From Lingula anatina (lineage: Eukaryota > Animalia > Brachiopoda), in assembly GCA_051362555.1 (NCBI GenBank), contig CM120640.1:18972001-19036000 (forward strand): DNA of 64,000 nt, read 5' to 3'. The notes beneath the pieces were generated by a model. The model saw only the letters and a program-made list of their open reading frames with translations, was not told the origin of the DNA and ran no database searches. Positions 13,301-24,239 of the stretch are shown piece by piece. Made by a program: the position numbers and the translations under genes. Within the stretch, counting starts at the first letter, position 1. Each line of letters opens with the position of its first letter.

Positions 13301-16300
13301 GCCTTATCTCATTTACACTGTAATTCTCATTTTACCAGTAGTTAAAGTGAGCATTTTATGCACAAAAAATTATTTTGAGCACATTTCACAATTTTCATTT
13401 TATAGCTAGTTTCTGTAGTTTGCATATTTTATTCGTACAGAATTTCTTTGTAATTGTATACATAGCAATATTAAAAAAAAAAAGGGGGGGAGGGGGAGAA
13501 AAGCAGATTTGTATACATAATGTAACTCGGCTGTTTTAAGCTGTACACTGAACAAAATTCTTGTTTGAAAACCTTCATAATGACTTGAAAGTGATTATCT
13601 GTTAAACTAACATCTAGGACTTTTCTGAAAAACAAGTACGTATACATTACTGGCAAAAGGTGAGAGAATGATGTCTTTATCTCTATGAATTTTCAGTTCA
13701 ACATTCAACCGAGTAAATGCCAATTCTCGTCAGATCTGGAAATTCCTGCGCTACACCCTGGTGATAGAGAATGAACAGAAACCTTTGCTGCCTCCTCCAT
13801 TCATTGTTTTAAGCCATGTATATCTCATTGTCAAATATGTCATCAGGAGGTGCAAGGGAAAGCTGGATATCTATGACAATGGCCTCAGTAAGTCAAAACC
13901 TATCACCCCATTTCCATAGAATTTTAGATCGATCTATCCCTGTGGGGAGTCTCACTAGATTCCTGTTAGCTTGGCCGGCTTAAGCGTCTGTCCTGCCTAC
14001 TAAAAGCTGTAAGGGGGTAATTAACTCTGGTGTCCGCTCGGCTGACTGCAATTTAGCCTGAACCCCCAGTGAGTTAGGTCGATCTAAAACTTAATCTTTA
14101 GATTGATCTAAATCTCTGGGAAAGCACCCTATGATCATTATGTGTGTACATATATTTATGTGTCTGCATGTATTTTAATACTAAGATACACTGTGAATCA
14201 AGGACATCAAGAAGAGTGACCCAGAGTTCTGTCTAAAATAAAAAAAAACATTAATTTATGTTTTGATATATTATAAAACTTAGTAAACTCTTGCAGACAA
14301 TTTTGAAATTCTTTTATTATATGCTGCTGCATGTAGTTACATGTATCATTGTGAAATAACTGATGCTGTGCTATGCACTGATTCTGTTGAAAACAGTTTT
14401 GCCGTCGAAATACTCCAAATTTTCAATGACTTGAAAATTAATTGTTTTTTCTTCAGAGCTTTTCTTGGATGAGGAAGATGTTGAAGTTCTCCATGATTTT
14501 GAGGAAGATTGTGTGGAGGATTTGTTCAGGCAAAAAGAGAACTTACTCCAGTCATCCACAGAGCAGAGGATCAGAGTGACCAATGACAGGTGTTGTACAG
14601 TGTATCATGGCAGTAGCATTTTCAATGGTTACCTATTGGATTTTTAAGGTTTTGAATATAGCCAGTAATTTTGGCACTACTGAAAAAGTACATTATGTAA
14701 ATGCATACGTTGTCTAGTGCCCTGTATTAAGATAGGTGTGAAAACTGTATGTAAGGTATGTATGTAAGTGAAAATTTTAATAGACAAGTATTTTCTATTG
14801 GTAACTGGTAAGTCTCTTTAGAAGTTTTTATAGAACCTATTTTTATATTATCTGAATAAAGAAAAGATTGAAATGAGAAAATTGATTGATTGTTATGTCA
14901 GAGTTAAATCAAAGAAAAGCTAATTGAAGCAAAGTGGTTATTGACTCCATAGATAGCTTGTACAAAGTTACAAGATATAGAAGAAGAACAAAATTACAAA
15001 AAATTATTTCCATATATCTTGTACAAAGTTACAAGATATAGAAGAAGAACAAAATTACAAAAAATTATTTCCATATTTCAGGGTGGAGAACATGGCCCTG
15101 AGACTGGATGATTTAAACCAGAAGGAGAGTGCAGTAAAATTGTCCATCCAGGCTGTGGACTTCAGGATGGCCAAGATGGAGGAAATGCTGCTGGAGACTG
15201 CACAGAACCTTGCCAATTTACAGCGTGCGATGGCAGAGGTCGCCACTAGTACTCAGTCACTCATAACTCCACCTGTTTTGAGTCAAGAAGGTGGTAACTT
15301 AAGTCCAATGACCGAGGTCATGGAGGAAGAGACCTCATCACAGGGCACAGAAACACCTACCAGTGCTGATGTCTCATTCCCTGTGAAGGCCCCTGTGACC
15401 AGCACAGTTGCCGAGGCAACATCTGAGGCAACTTTGACAACAACAACAACAGCAGTAGCAGCAACAGGGAGAGGGAAGAAAAAATTTGGCAGACGTGTAA
15501 AATTTGGTGGTAGCATGATGGGCCCAGCCCAGACAAAACCACATTTGTTCAGGCGCCAGGCCAGTGCTCCAGCCAGTGTGGTATATGCAAGGCCCTACTA
15601 CAACAAATCTGCATCCTCTTTCCATGAAGCTCCAACCATTGATCCCAAATATGCACATACCTCTTTACTTCAACGTAGACATGTCAAAGCTCTGCAGAAG
15701 ATTTCAGTCCCAAAGTCTTCAGCAAGGAAGGAAGATAATAGTAGTAATAACAGTGCGCTTCTCAGACAGTCAGCCATGGAAGAATTTGTCAGGAATGCCT
15801 CCAGAATGACCCAAGGTTCTATTCAAGAGCCCCCTCTTTTCACTTCAGCTTCACTGAAACCCAGCCTGACTCCTTCTTATCAGCAAGGTCTTGGTGTTAG
15901 TGGTGAATTCTCTTCACCAAAGAAGGCTCCATCCAAAGGAGATGAACAGGAACATCCACAATCCATTCCATCTAGTAGTGCAGCACATGGTCCCAACACC
16001 CCAGCATATCCCATCACTGTCCCAGCTTATTCCACTAGCATCCCAGGTTATCCCGCTAGTGGCGTGCCATATCCTACCAGTGTCCCCGCATCAGAATATT
16101 ATGTGCCATACTCTTCGCCATACTCTGCTGTCGGTGGCACTTTCTTTACCCCTGCCCCAACTACCATGATTCCAGCCTTCACCCCCTTCCTGTCTCAGCA
16201 CAGGGCAGAGTACACCAGTATTACTGATGACATCGACACCTCATATGTCCAGCAAGGTAGTCCAGAGAGCATTCCAGGGACACCACACTTCTCCATGAGC

Positions 16301-16759
16301 TCATACGACTCTCAGGATGAACTGAGGGAGGCGAAGGGTGGGAGCCCTGAGAAGGACGCCATCATCGTAGAGGCGAAGGTGTTGAAACACGCTGAAGAGA
16401 GTGAACATGAAATCATGGAGCCTGTGATACGCTGTCGAATACGGCAAATCTCTATCTCTGAGAACGAAGGTCTGAGTGACTCTCTACTGAGCGAGCTGGA
16501 GTTAGTACATAAAGAGTTGATACCAGCACAGGCCAAGAACTCGTCTGATGAGGACAGTGGGAAGGAGATGGAGGAGGATGGCAGTGACGAGACGGTTAAT
16601 GAAGGTGACCATGGAAATAGTGAGGTGGAAATGGACAGTCAGTTAGATCTCCAAGTAGGAGATGTAAATATTGTAACGAGTAATAATCAGGTGCAGATTG
16701 ACATTTCTTCAACATCAAATGGTGTAGATGATAGCCATGTGAATGAGAAGGTATGCTAG
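1189..16759 (+). CDS. TRPM: TRPM cation channel (TRPM1/3-like, no enzyme domain), 5' end upstream of window
   Basis: Phase-consistent GT-AG exons: 1189-1360, 2467-2653, 3049-3172, 3545-3617, 4162-4262, 5615-5749, 6262-6315, 6635-6766, (7218-7238 optional), 7695-7963, 8317-8545, 8940-9116, 9515-9751, 10133-10261, 10514-10762, 11687-11861, [12763-12886 OR 13006-13129], 13697-13887, 14457-14589, 15082-16759 (TAG); about 1530 codons in window. MHR motifs [79 protein letters not shown]; pore [12 protein letters not shown]; S6 NLLIAVFN; TRP box WKFLRY/LPPPF; coiled coil; conserved C-tail EYTSITD. Confidence 0.95.
1403..1454. repeat. (AC)n microsatellite
   Basis: Direct reading. Confidence 0.95.
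4326..4393. repeat. (TC)n microsatellite
   Basis: Direct reading. Confidence 0.95.
5291..5415 (+). repeat. Imperfect tandem duplication (73-bp period)
   Basis: AGAGAATATTTCAGTGAATAATGTCT-AGCTTTAT..TTTAATTCCAA occurs twice. Confidence 0.8.
7218..7238 (+). CDS. Candidate 21-nt cassette microexon of TRPM (SPSQIFQ)
   Basis: Long pyrimidine tract ending ttgccag, 21 nt with no stop, CAG|gtgtgt donor; phase 0-0 fits between exons 6635-6766 and 7695-7963. Confidence 0.55.
10797..10997. mobile_element. Tourist/PIF-Harbinger-like MITE
   Basis: TIR GGCTCATTCCCAATGAAA ... TTTCATTGGGAATGAGCC, flanked by TAA on both sides (10794-10796, 10998-11000); related copy near 61445-61667. Confidence 0.75.
12763..12886 (+). 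CDS. TRPM pore-loop/S6 exon, copy A (putative mutually exclusive)
   Basis: ttgtag acceptor, AA|gtatgt donor, 124 nt, phase 1 to 2; encodes (P)[40 protein letters not shown](N). Confidence 0.88.
13006..13129 (+). CDS. TRPM pore-loop/S6 exon, copy B (putative mutually exclusive)
   Basis: ttgcag acceptor, AA|gtaagt donor, 124 nt, phase 1 to 2; encodes (P)[40 protein letters not shown](N). Confidence 0.92.
13911..14123. mobile_element. MITE family 2, copy 1
   Basis: Imperfect TIR TTTCCATAGAATTTTAGATCGATCTA / TAGATTGATCTAAATCTCTGGGAAA; internal sequence (CCTACTAAAAGCTGTAAGGGGGTAATTAACT) shared with 54181-54392. Confidence 0.75.
14957..15076 (+). repeat. Tandem duplication (61-bp period) abutting the TRPM last-exon acceptor
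   Basis: CTTGTACAAAGTTACAAGATATAGAAGAAGAACAAAATTACAAAAAATTATTTCCATAT present at 14957 and 15018. Confidence 0.9.
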
Positions 16760-19700
16760 GAGAGGGAAGTAGTGACAAAATTAATAGTGATTTTTTTATC
16801 ATTTTAGAAATGGTACAATATTTATTACATACTGTGTATGGTAAACTGAAGTGATAGACTGATTGAATATATTGAATATGCAGTGAAGCATAATTTTGAA
16901 TATGATCTAGCTGACAAGTGCCATAATGGATTTTGCTTGATCTAAATAGTTCAGTTTTTGTGCTTGTGTATAAAGGTGGTGGGGGGGGGGGAGGATTTCA
17001 AATCTGACCCATTTTTCAAATTTCAGGTAGAAAAATGGAATTGTTACTGTCACTATTAATTATTTTAAATATATTTACTCTTTTTTGTAACATCTCTGCA
17101 GTGCTGCTTTTTATTAACCTCAGGTACCTGTGCATTTTCAGTATGACATATGCTCAAATATAGGGTCCCACTTACATGTACTTTGATGTCGCTTTTGGAT
17201 TCAATTGGTGCATTTTCACATACGTGCCAACCATTGCATTGTGGATTAATTTTTTGTGTTGTTAGGATCAGAGATCTGACAGTTATTGCAGTTTGCAGAT
17301 TAAGCCAAGCTCAGTGCTGAAGGTGGCAGATGATGGGGGGAGGCAGTGCACCTCTTTCAAAAATGTCAGGTTGTGTGTTCACATTACATTTTCCTTAGGT
17401 CTTTATCTCAATATCCAAACAAAGAATGGGTGTAGCTACTGTAATAGAATAGAAATGACATTTGAAGCATGCATTCAGTTCTGTGATCTAAATCAACATC
17501 CTGAGATCTAGTTAGGATATCAAATACATTTTGAGTGTGAAAACTGAATCTTGTGAATAGTTATTTTCAATAAATCACTGTGTGTTTTTAAATCACAAAG
17601 GTTAACGCATGGGTCCAATTCACTTTTGTGTTCAAGTTCTGCATTCTTACAGCCATTATAACTATTTAAGGCCTCCATTCAAAAATGATAAGTTTTTTCA
17701 CTTATTTGTTGCTGCTTTTTCATTTTTTTCTAGTGTACCCTTTCAATATATTTCAAAGCAGTGAAAATTGTTGTTAGCATCAAACTTAAAGTAAAGATCA
17801 AGTCTTTTAGAGGTGTTGCAAAAGAAAGAAATGACCAAGTTGCTGGGGGTGTGTTAGATATTTAGAGTGCAAAGAAATTTATTTCCATGTACTTGCCTCA
17901 TGAAGAATCTCTGTATATACCTTTGAAATGGGTTACGTGGTGTGTATTGAATTGCCACCATCTATATTAGAAAAATGTGTTAAAATTAGGAATCTAGTAT
18001 GGTGGGTAAAAATTAGGAATCTAGTAAGAATATGAAATGATTCTCTTAAAGCAGAACGGTATAAATAGTAACTTTATGCACATGATTGCAATTTATTGGA
18101 TTAAAGTTTTTTTGTTCAGTCACAGCACCTTTTATATGTCAATGAATATATTTTTCCAGGGATACAAGACTCCATGATGGTCTTTGAGCAACTTTTGAGA
18201 TGAGTTAAAGTTATTAATAGCACAACATCAGTTTACCTGTATTTAATTATTTATTAATGAGCATGGAACAAACATACAGAAGATGACTTTTGTATTGTAA
18301 TTCTCGTTGAGGAAGGGTGCTAAAGCAACCCATGTCTGAGTGTTGTTAATTATCTTAACACATTTTTTCTTGTTCACTTTATGTGTCATATTTAATGGAA
18401 GAGGTGCTTGAAGAAATTAATAATTCAAGTTGATCAAAATAATGACTATTTAATATATTATGAAGAATTTGTGATAGACCGTACAAAAAGTATTGTAAGT
18501 AATATTCCATCCTGTGTTATTCACCTATTTCACATAATTGTGTATATAACTAAGTGACATACAAGTTCTGTTGAAGGCTATACAGAACTAGGTTAAAGAA
18601 TGTGCTAAATTCATACGCAGTACCCTGATTTCCATAGTTGTTCATCCTTTATCTTCCATGCCTGATATGGGACATGGTGAACCAACAAGCCACTCTTCTT
18701 CAGTGCATCCAGACCGTCTACCAGTCATCAATTTGTCACTGTAATAGAAACATTGTGTAGTAAGTCCAGCTGTTGCTAGTCATATAGTAATTTTAGGTAA
18801 TTTTGGGTAGTTCAGGTATGACTAGTTTAGGATATCAATGGGGATAATTCAAGAGCCTGAATGAGGCTCTCGGCATCTGATGGAGTAAAATGGTGGGGTT
18901 TACTATTTAGTGATAAGGCACTATGCACGGGGAATGTCGTCTTAGAAAGTGATGCAAAAGTGATACACAAAACATGGTGGATTAGTAGTGTTCACAAAAC
19001 ATGGTGGATTAGTAGTGTTGAATAATAGATTAATTCTAGAGAGAGTGCGAGAAACAACCATGTCCATGGATAAAGTCGGTCAGCTTTTATTTATTTTCAC
19101 ACTGCATTTGTTAGTCTGTCATTATATTTTTTTCTCCATTCTCTCCCAAATCCTGTGAGATCTCCCTTGATTTTGAGCCAAGTTGCAAGACTGGGCAATA
19201 TTGGAAGATCCCCATGACTTCGATATACATGACAGATATCATTAAGCATCCATTTAGACAGCTGTAAGCAGAATTCTGGATATTTGTTTCATTTTTCATG
19301 TATCTAGGGGAAAGGGCAGTTATTCAGGTTTACCATAAATAATATTTTTATTTATTTATTGTAGGCATTTTCTTCACTAGGCAGAATCTTCCATTTATGT
19401 TACAATATGTTGTTTTACCTTTGTCTTCTATGAAGTGTTGAACATGGGTTGACACTAAAAACTTATTTTTATTCATGTCTCTTGACTATGTTATGCTACC
19501 TCTAATGAATTACATTATGTGCAACATGGTGTACCATTTAAAAAGATTATTAAAACTTTTTGAAGGTTAGTTGTTCATGTCATTTTTGAAGAATGAGAGA
19601 GGAAATCAATTAGTTTATACTCAGGCGGATCCAGGATTATTTGAAGGGGGGTCCAGTTTTTGTTAGGAATAACGAAGCCAACCCTCGTCCCCAAAAAATT

Positions 19701-22062
19701 TTGGAGGGCAAACATTACCATTTAGTACAGTTTAGATCTGATTCAGCTCGTTAAAATTCTAATTTCAAAGTAACTGGAAAGACGTTTTTTGGTCTGATTT
19801 TTTGACATTGGAGTCACCAGGGAAGGGTACTACTACATAACCCCATTCCTTAGCTTGAGAGGTACACTTTTCTTACCCTATTCCCTAATAAAAATAATAA
19901 TAACAGTGACCAAAATAAGATAATTTCTTCGTCTCTGTGCCCTGCATATATATTTATTATGATAAAAAGAAAGGTAAAATTAAGACGTATGTGTCATTGG
20001 TGGGTCTATGCTCTGGCTATGGGGCTTATTTCTAATTGAAGAAAAATGGTCAAAAATAGGGAAAGGCGAGCGTATGGTATCTCAACTGTTTTGCACTAAA
20101 TTAAAAGAAAGGAGACAGAAATGAGATGGGGTAAAACATTTTACAAGGGAAAAGTTGAATATTTTAGTGAAGCGCCTTTCTAAAAATTGAGTGTGTCGAG
20201 CTCACAGCTTGGTCTTCTCTAACACAATCGTGCCTGCGTTCCACTTTACCTACAATTTACAAAAAGCATTGTTATTCAAATTAGACTAACTTCAAGTGAC
20301 AAGTATTCAGACAGTCATGTGGTGGACAAAATTTCGGGATGTGGTGCTGATTCTCGTGAAACAAACACGATATATTCAGTGATGCCTGCTTGGCCTGGCA
20401 CTACAACTTGTAAGTACAGATTGTATGTTGCTTTTCTCATCACCGTGACAAATATGGGGCGCAAAACTTTCTAGTAAGATGGAGAATTCCACCCATATGT
20501 ATAAGGTTCTCTGCACAATCAGTAATCTACATGTAATCACTCGGCGATCACTCACACTGAACAGGCTCTTTTGATATTTCATTTGTCTGATCTGACAGAT
20601 AAATTCGAATATTCAGTTGATTTTGTATTTCGTAATGTTTAACCATATTTGATGTAATACTTGAAATATAATGGAAAATAAAATTACAGACAGAAGCAGT
20701 AACACATGGCATTCACAATACATGGAAGAGATTTGTTACTACATTGTCTTTAGAGCTTTCGTATAATTCATTTCTTATTGGTCTTGATTTTTTATCTACT
20801 TTCAGTCCCCGGTCGGCAAGAGATGAAGATTTCTTTGCAACGGAGGCTCCAAAAATCCAAATACAAATTAAGCAATCGTTTTAATAATACTCATTTTATT
20901 ATGCGAAAGCAATGTGCATACGAAATTAATCTGGAATGCAACAGTAGTAAAAGTCCACGTCTTACTTTAGATATTTTAGATACTTTTAATATTTTAGAAT
21001 CACAATTTAAAAGAGGTACGCTGTACTTCTATCACATATACATGTACATGTAGGCCTACTTATTGCTTGTGTAGGAATTAAACTGACTTCGGAGTTCGTA
21101 TGTTTGTAACATCAAAACTTTCGAGTGACAAAAGTCCTTATTATCGATTTTTATTTAGGCCTACAAAACGGCCACAACTAATTCGAGGAAGTTTGCTAGA
21201 TTTTAAAACATTTTAATTTATATTTGAAAATCTGTAGGTCTCTGCCAAACATACGTTGTTTCGATTCATTACCTGTGATATAAAATATTTACTTCGTGAA
21301 CTAAAAGGTCTAAGAGAGCATTCACATCGAGAAGAGTCGATGTCTAGCAAGGCCGGGGCCTAAATATGGCGGACCTACATCAAAGGAAGACCGTGTAATC
21401 CTTTAATGGTCTCTCAATGACATTCATTGAGAGACGTGAAAGTAACTTATGCATAGACGACGACCCCGGGATATTGAACAATATTTGCAGTTTTTTCAAT
21501 TGGGCACAACCTTCGTATAAAATCAAGTTTAAAGTAATCACTGAAAGTTTTGCACCACAGAATTTTAATTATCTCGAAAATTTTCATCCTTAAGATTTGG
21601 ATATTAATTGCAGAAGAACAAGAAAATGGCGCCTAACTATGTGTTGTTGTTTTTTCAATCCGTGGTCGTTTCTACAGAATATGTGCAATATATTATTGAT
21701 AGTTTTAATGAATGTACATATGTTTTGTACCACATTGAAAAAAATATTAATTGGATTATTACTCCTTTTCGCGCCTGGTATATACTTTGAAGTGACACGT
21801 TACTCTATATCTTGATATTATTTTGATCGTTGAATTAAAATAAAATCTTTTCAAATATGAGAACATCGTTTTGTTTGTTACTTTCTCATCAGTGCTCAAG
21901 TAAAATATTAATAAAGATGAAAAAGATAATCTGGTTTAGTGCTATTCGACCTCCTGCTCTTTTACTTTAGAGTTAGCTATCGTATCAACTTAGCTACCGG
22001 CCCAGGGCATTTCGCACGCTAAAAGGGAAACCTTTTAGTCAAATGTACAATTATTTTTACAT

Positions 22063-22135
22063 GAACGTGGGATGCGATCCTGTCTTCTTCTGATTCCCAG
22101 TCTGGCACGTTACCGGTTCGTCTATTCACCCAACC
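22063..22135 (-). mobile_element. Possible degenerate tRNA-derived SINE head
   Basis: Minus strand GGGTGAATAGACGAACCGGTAACGTGCCAGACTGGGAATCAGAAGAAGACAGGATCGCATCCC has A-box-like and B-box-like motifs at tRNA-like spacing; a related copy at about 22225-22272. Confidence 0.3.
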
Positions 22136-24239
22136 ACCCACCCTAAACTTTCGATCTTTTCTTTATAGTTACGGGGTGAATATTCACTTTTTTCTTACAA
22201 AAAGGAACTCCTTGTTACCTGTTGGTATAGCAGACCAGTCTAGAACGATACCAGTGCCTCTATTCACCCAACTAACATAACCTATGCGTTTTTTTACTAA
22301 TGATTCGATAATATTAATTTTTCGGGTTTTTGTTTCATTTTAATATAGACTGAAGCTTAAGTCAAGGAGTTATATCTGTTATAACTCCTTGCTTAAGTTA
22401 AAATTTAAAAATGTCGCAGAAATCGATAAAGTTGACAAATTTATTCCACATTTGAAGTCACTTTTAGTCCATACTTAAGTTAGAACTTTCTTTTTTAATT
22501 TTTACAAGGCGTTGACAGCGTATTAACCGAGAGGTTCTTTGATGTTTTTAATGTTGAAAGATAAATGCAACACTTGTAAAATAATTGAGACAATTCAATA
22601 TCTGCATTATAATCGCAGTTAAAATATTGCCAACGCGCACATGCTAGATAACAATGATAAAAGGGTTGAAATTCGCTGACGTTTATTCACAAAATGACAC
22701 ATAGAAACAAATGATCTCATTATTTAACGAAAAAATGTCTTAATCATTGAATGGTAGACATCTAATCAAATTAATCCAAGTCAAACAGAATTTGAGGTCT
22801 CAAATGATAGTATAGCATAATATGCTAAAAGAATGATTTTTGCATTAAAATTACGTTATTGCACTAGCTTACTTACGTGTAAACAAATCACAATCTTTTA
22901 ATCACAGTTTTCTAGATGACGCATATCGAAACTTTCATGAATATGTCCGCCTTCTGTGTTTTATGTTCAATGTCATTATTTTAAACCAAGTACAGGGGTA
23001 CGCTGCCAGTCCTTCCAGTTGAATATCAAGTTTTTAAGTGTTTCACCAAGTATAATATATATATTCCATTATACCTGTTTCCTTCTACCAGGGTCGCGCA
23101 GATAATTTCCTCTGTCACAGTGCACAAAAGAAACATCGTTAAGCCAGAAGCATTATCTGTGAATATTTAGTGAAAAATCAACCCGTGTCCCTGGTAGAGG
23201 GTAGGCGTTCAGCTGAATCGGGAGGAGAAGCCAAGGACGTGAAGGAAAGTCCCCGCACTCTTTTCTCAAAGTCCACGTGGTCGTATTCCCATTATTTCAC
23301 CAAGAATCATCATCCTTTCCACAATCCAAGTCAAACATCGTATTCATGAACTTGTCTTGAACTCGAATATGTTCTATTTACATGCAAGTAAAACTGTCTT
23401 TTGTCCCCAGAACTATCAATATCATCCCTGCGTTTGCTGATGCCTCGGCACTTGTACTCTTTACTTTACTGACTGGTCATTTCCCTGGTCATCCTTGACA
23501 ACTGGTCATCTCCCTTTGAAGTTATATAACTTTCTGGGAAGGGTTCCCACACGCCAAGTTATGAGATAAATGACCTTGATCTCTATCTAGGCCAGTGGTC
23601 AGATGGCTTTTTAAAGGACATGTACAGCAACCCTCATTGATTGTCACAAATTTCAATCCGTTTCCTATTTCTTAAATCCTGCTTAATTAACTTGATGTGG
23701 AAACAAATAAACAATAGGCTGAGGGATAACTCAGACATGATAAAATAAATAATGTTTAATTCACTGTATGTTTGCTTTTTGTTTATACTTTTTTCTTTTC
23801 GTCACACCCTGAAACGAAGTAATACTAATAAAAACCTTATTTACGATGCGTCCATCGTGTCAGAGACGTAGAATCAACTGAAAACTTAAACGACACCAAG
23901 GTTTTCTCTTCAGGGTGTCAATTGTGTTAGAGAAGCCGACTACGTAATATTACTTCACTACCGCAATCAACGTGCACGACGATTCCTTTTGGCTACAGGG
24001 TGTTAAAGAAGGTCCCTCGGTAAAGCCGAGTTTACTTTTATGAATATTTCCTTTTTTGCACATAACAATCGGGGGGTCGTGTTAAAAATATTTAGTCCCT
24101 TTTAACACTGGGCATAACCTTTAACTAGACGGATCCACTTTGAGAGATTGACGACTTCATTGTTTGGCTATTGTGTGATGTATAGCCTACTGTACTTGTG
24201 TAAAGGGCCTTAAGCTTCATAACCAAGTTGGTCGGCATA

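Noticed and set aside
16745-16759. TRPM C-terminus as a ligand for the neighbouring SNX27 PDZ domain
   Set aside because: It ends EKVC, lacking Ser/Thr at position -2 of the class I motif that SNX27 binds.
18967-19019. Short direct repeats and hairpins (27-bp x2 here; also about 17981-18026, 34151-34210, hairpin 22356-22397)
   Set aside because: Consistent with ordinary slippage duplications; no further structure.
23060-23520. Coding-like composition in intergenic DNA
   Set aside because: The minus-strand frames I translated are interrupted by stops and match nothing I recognise; blastx would be needed.
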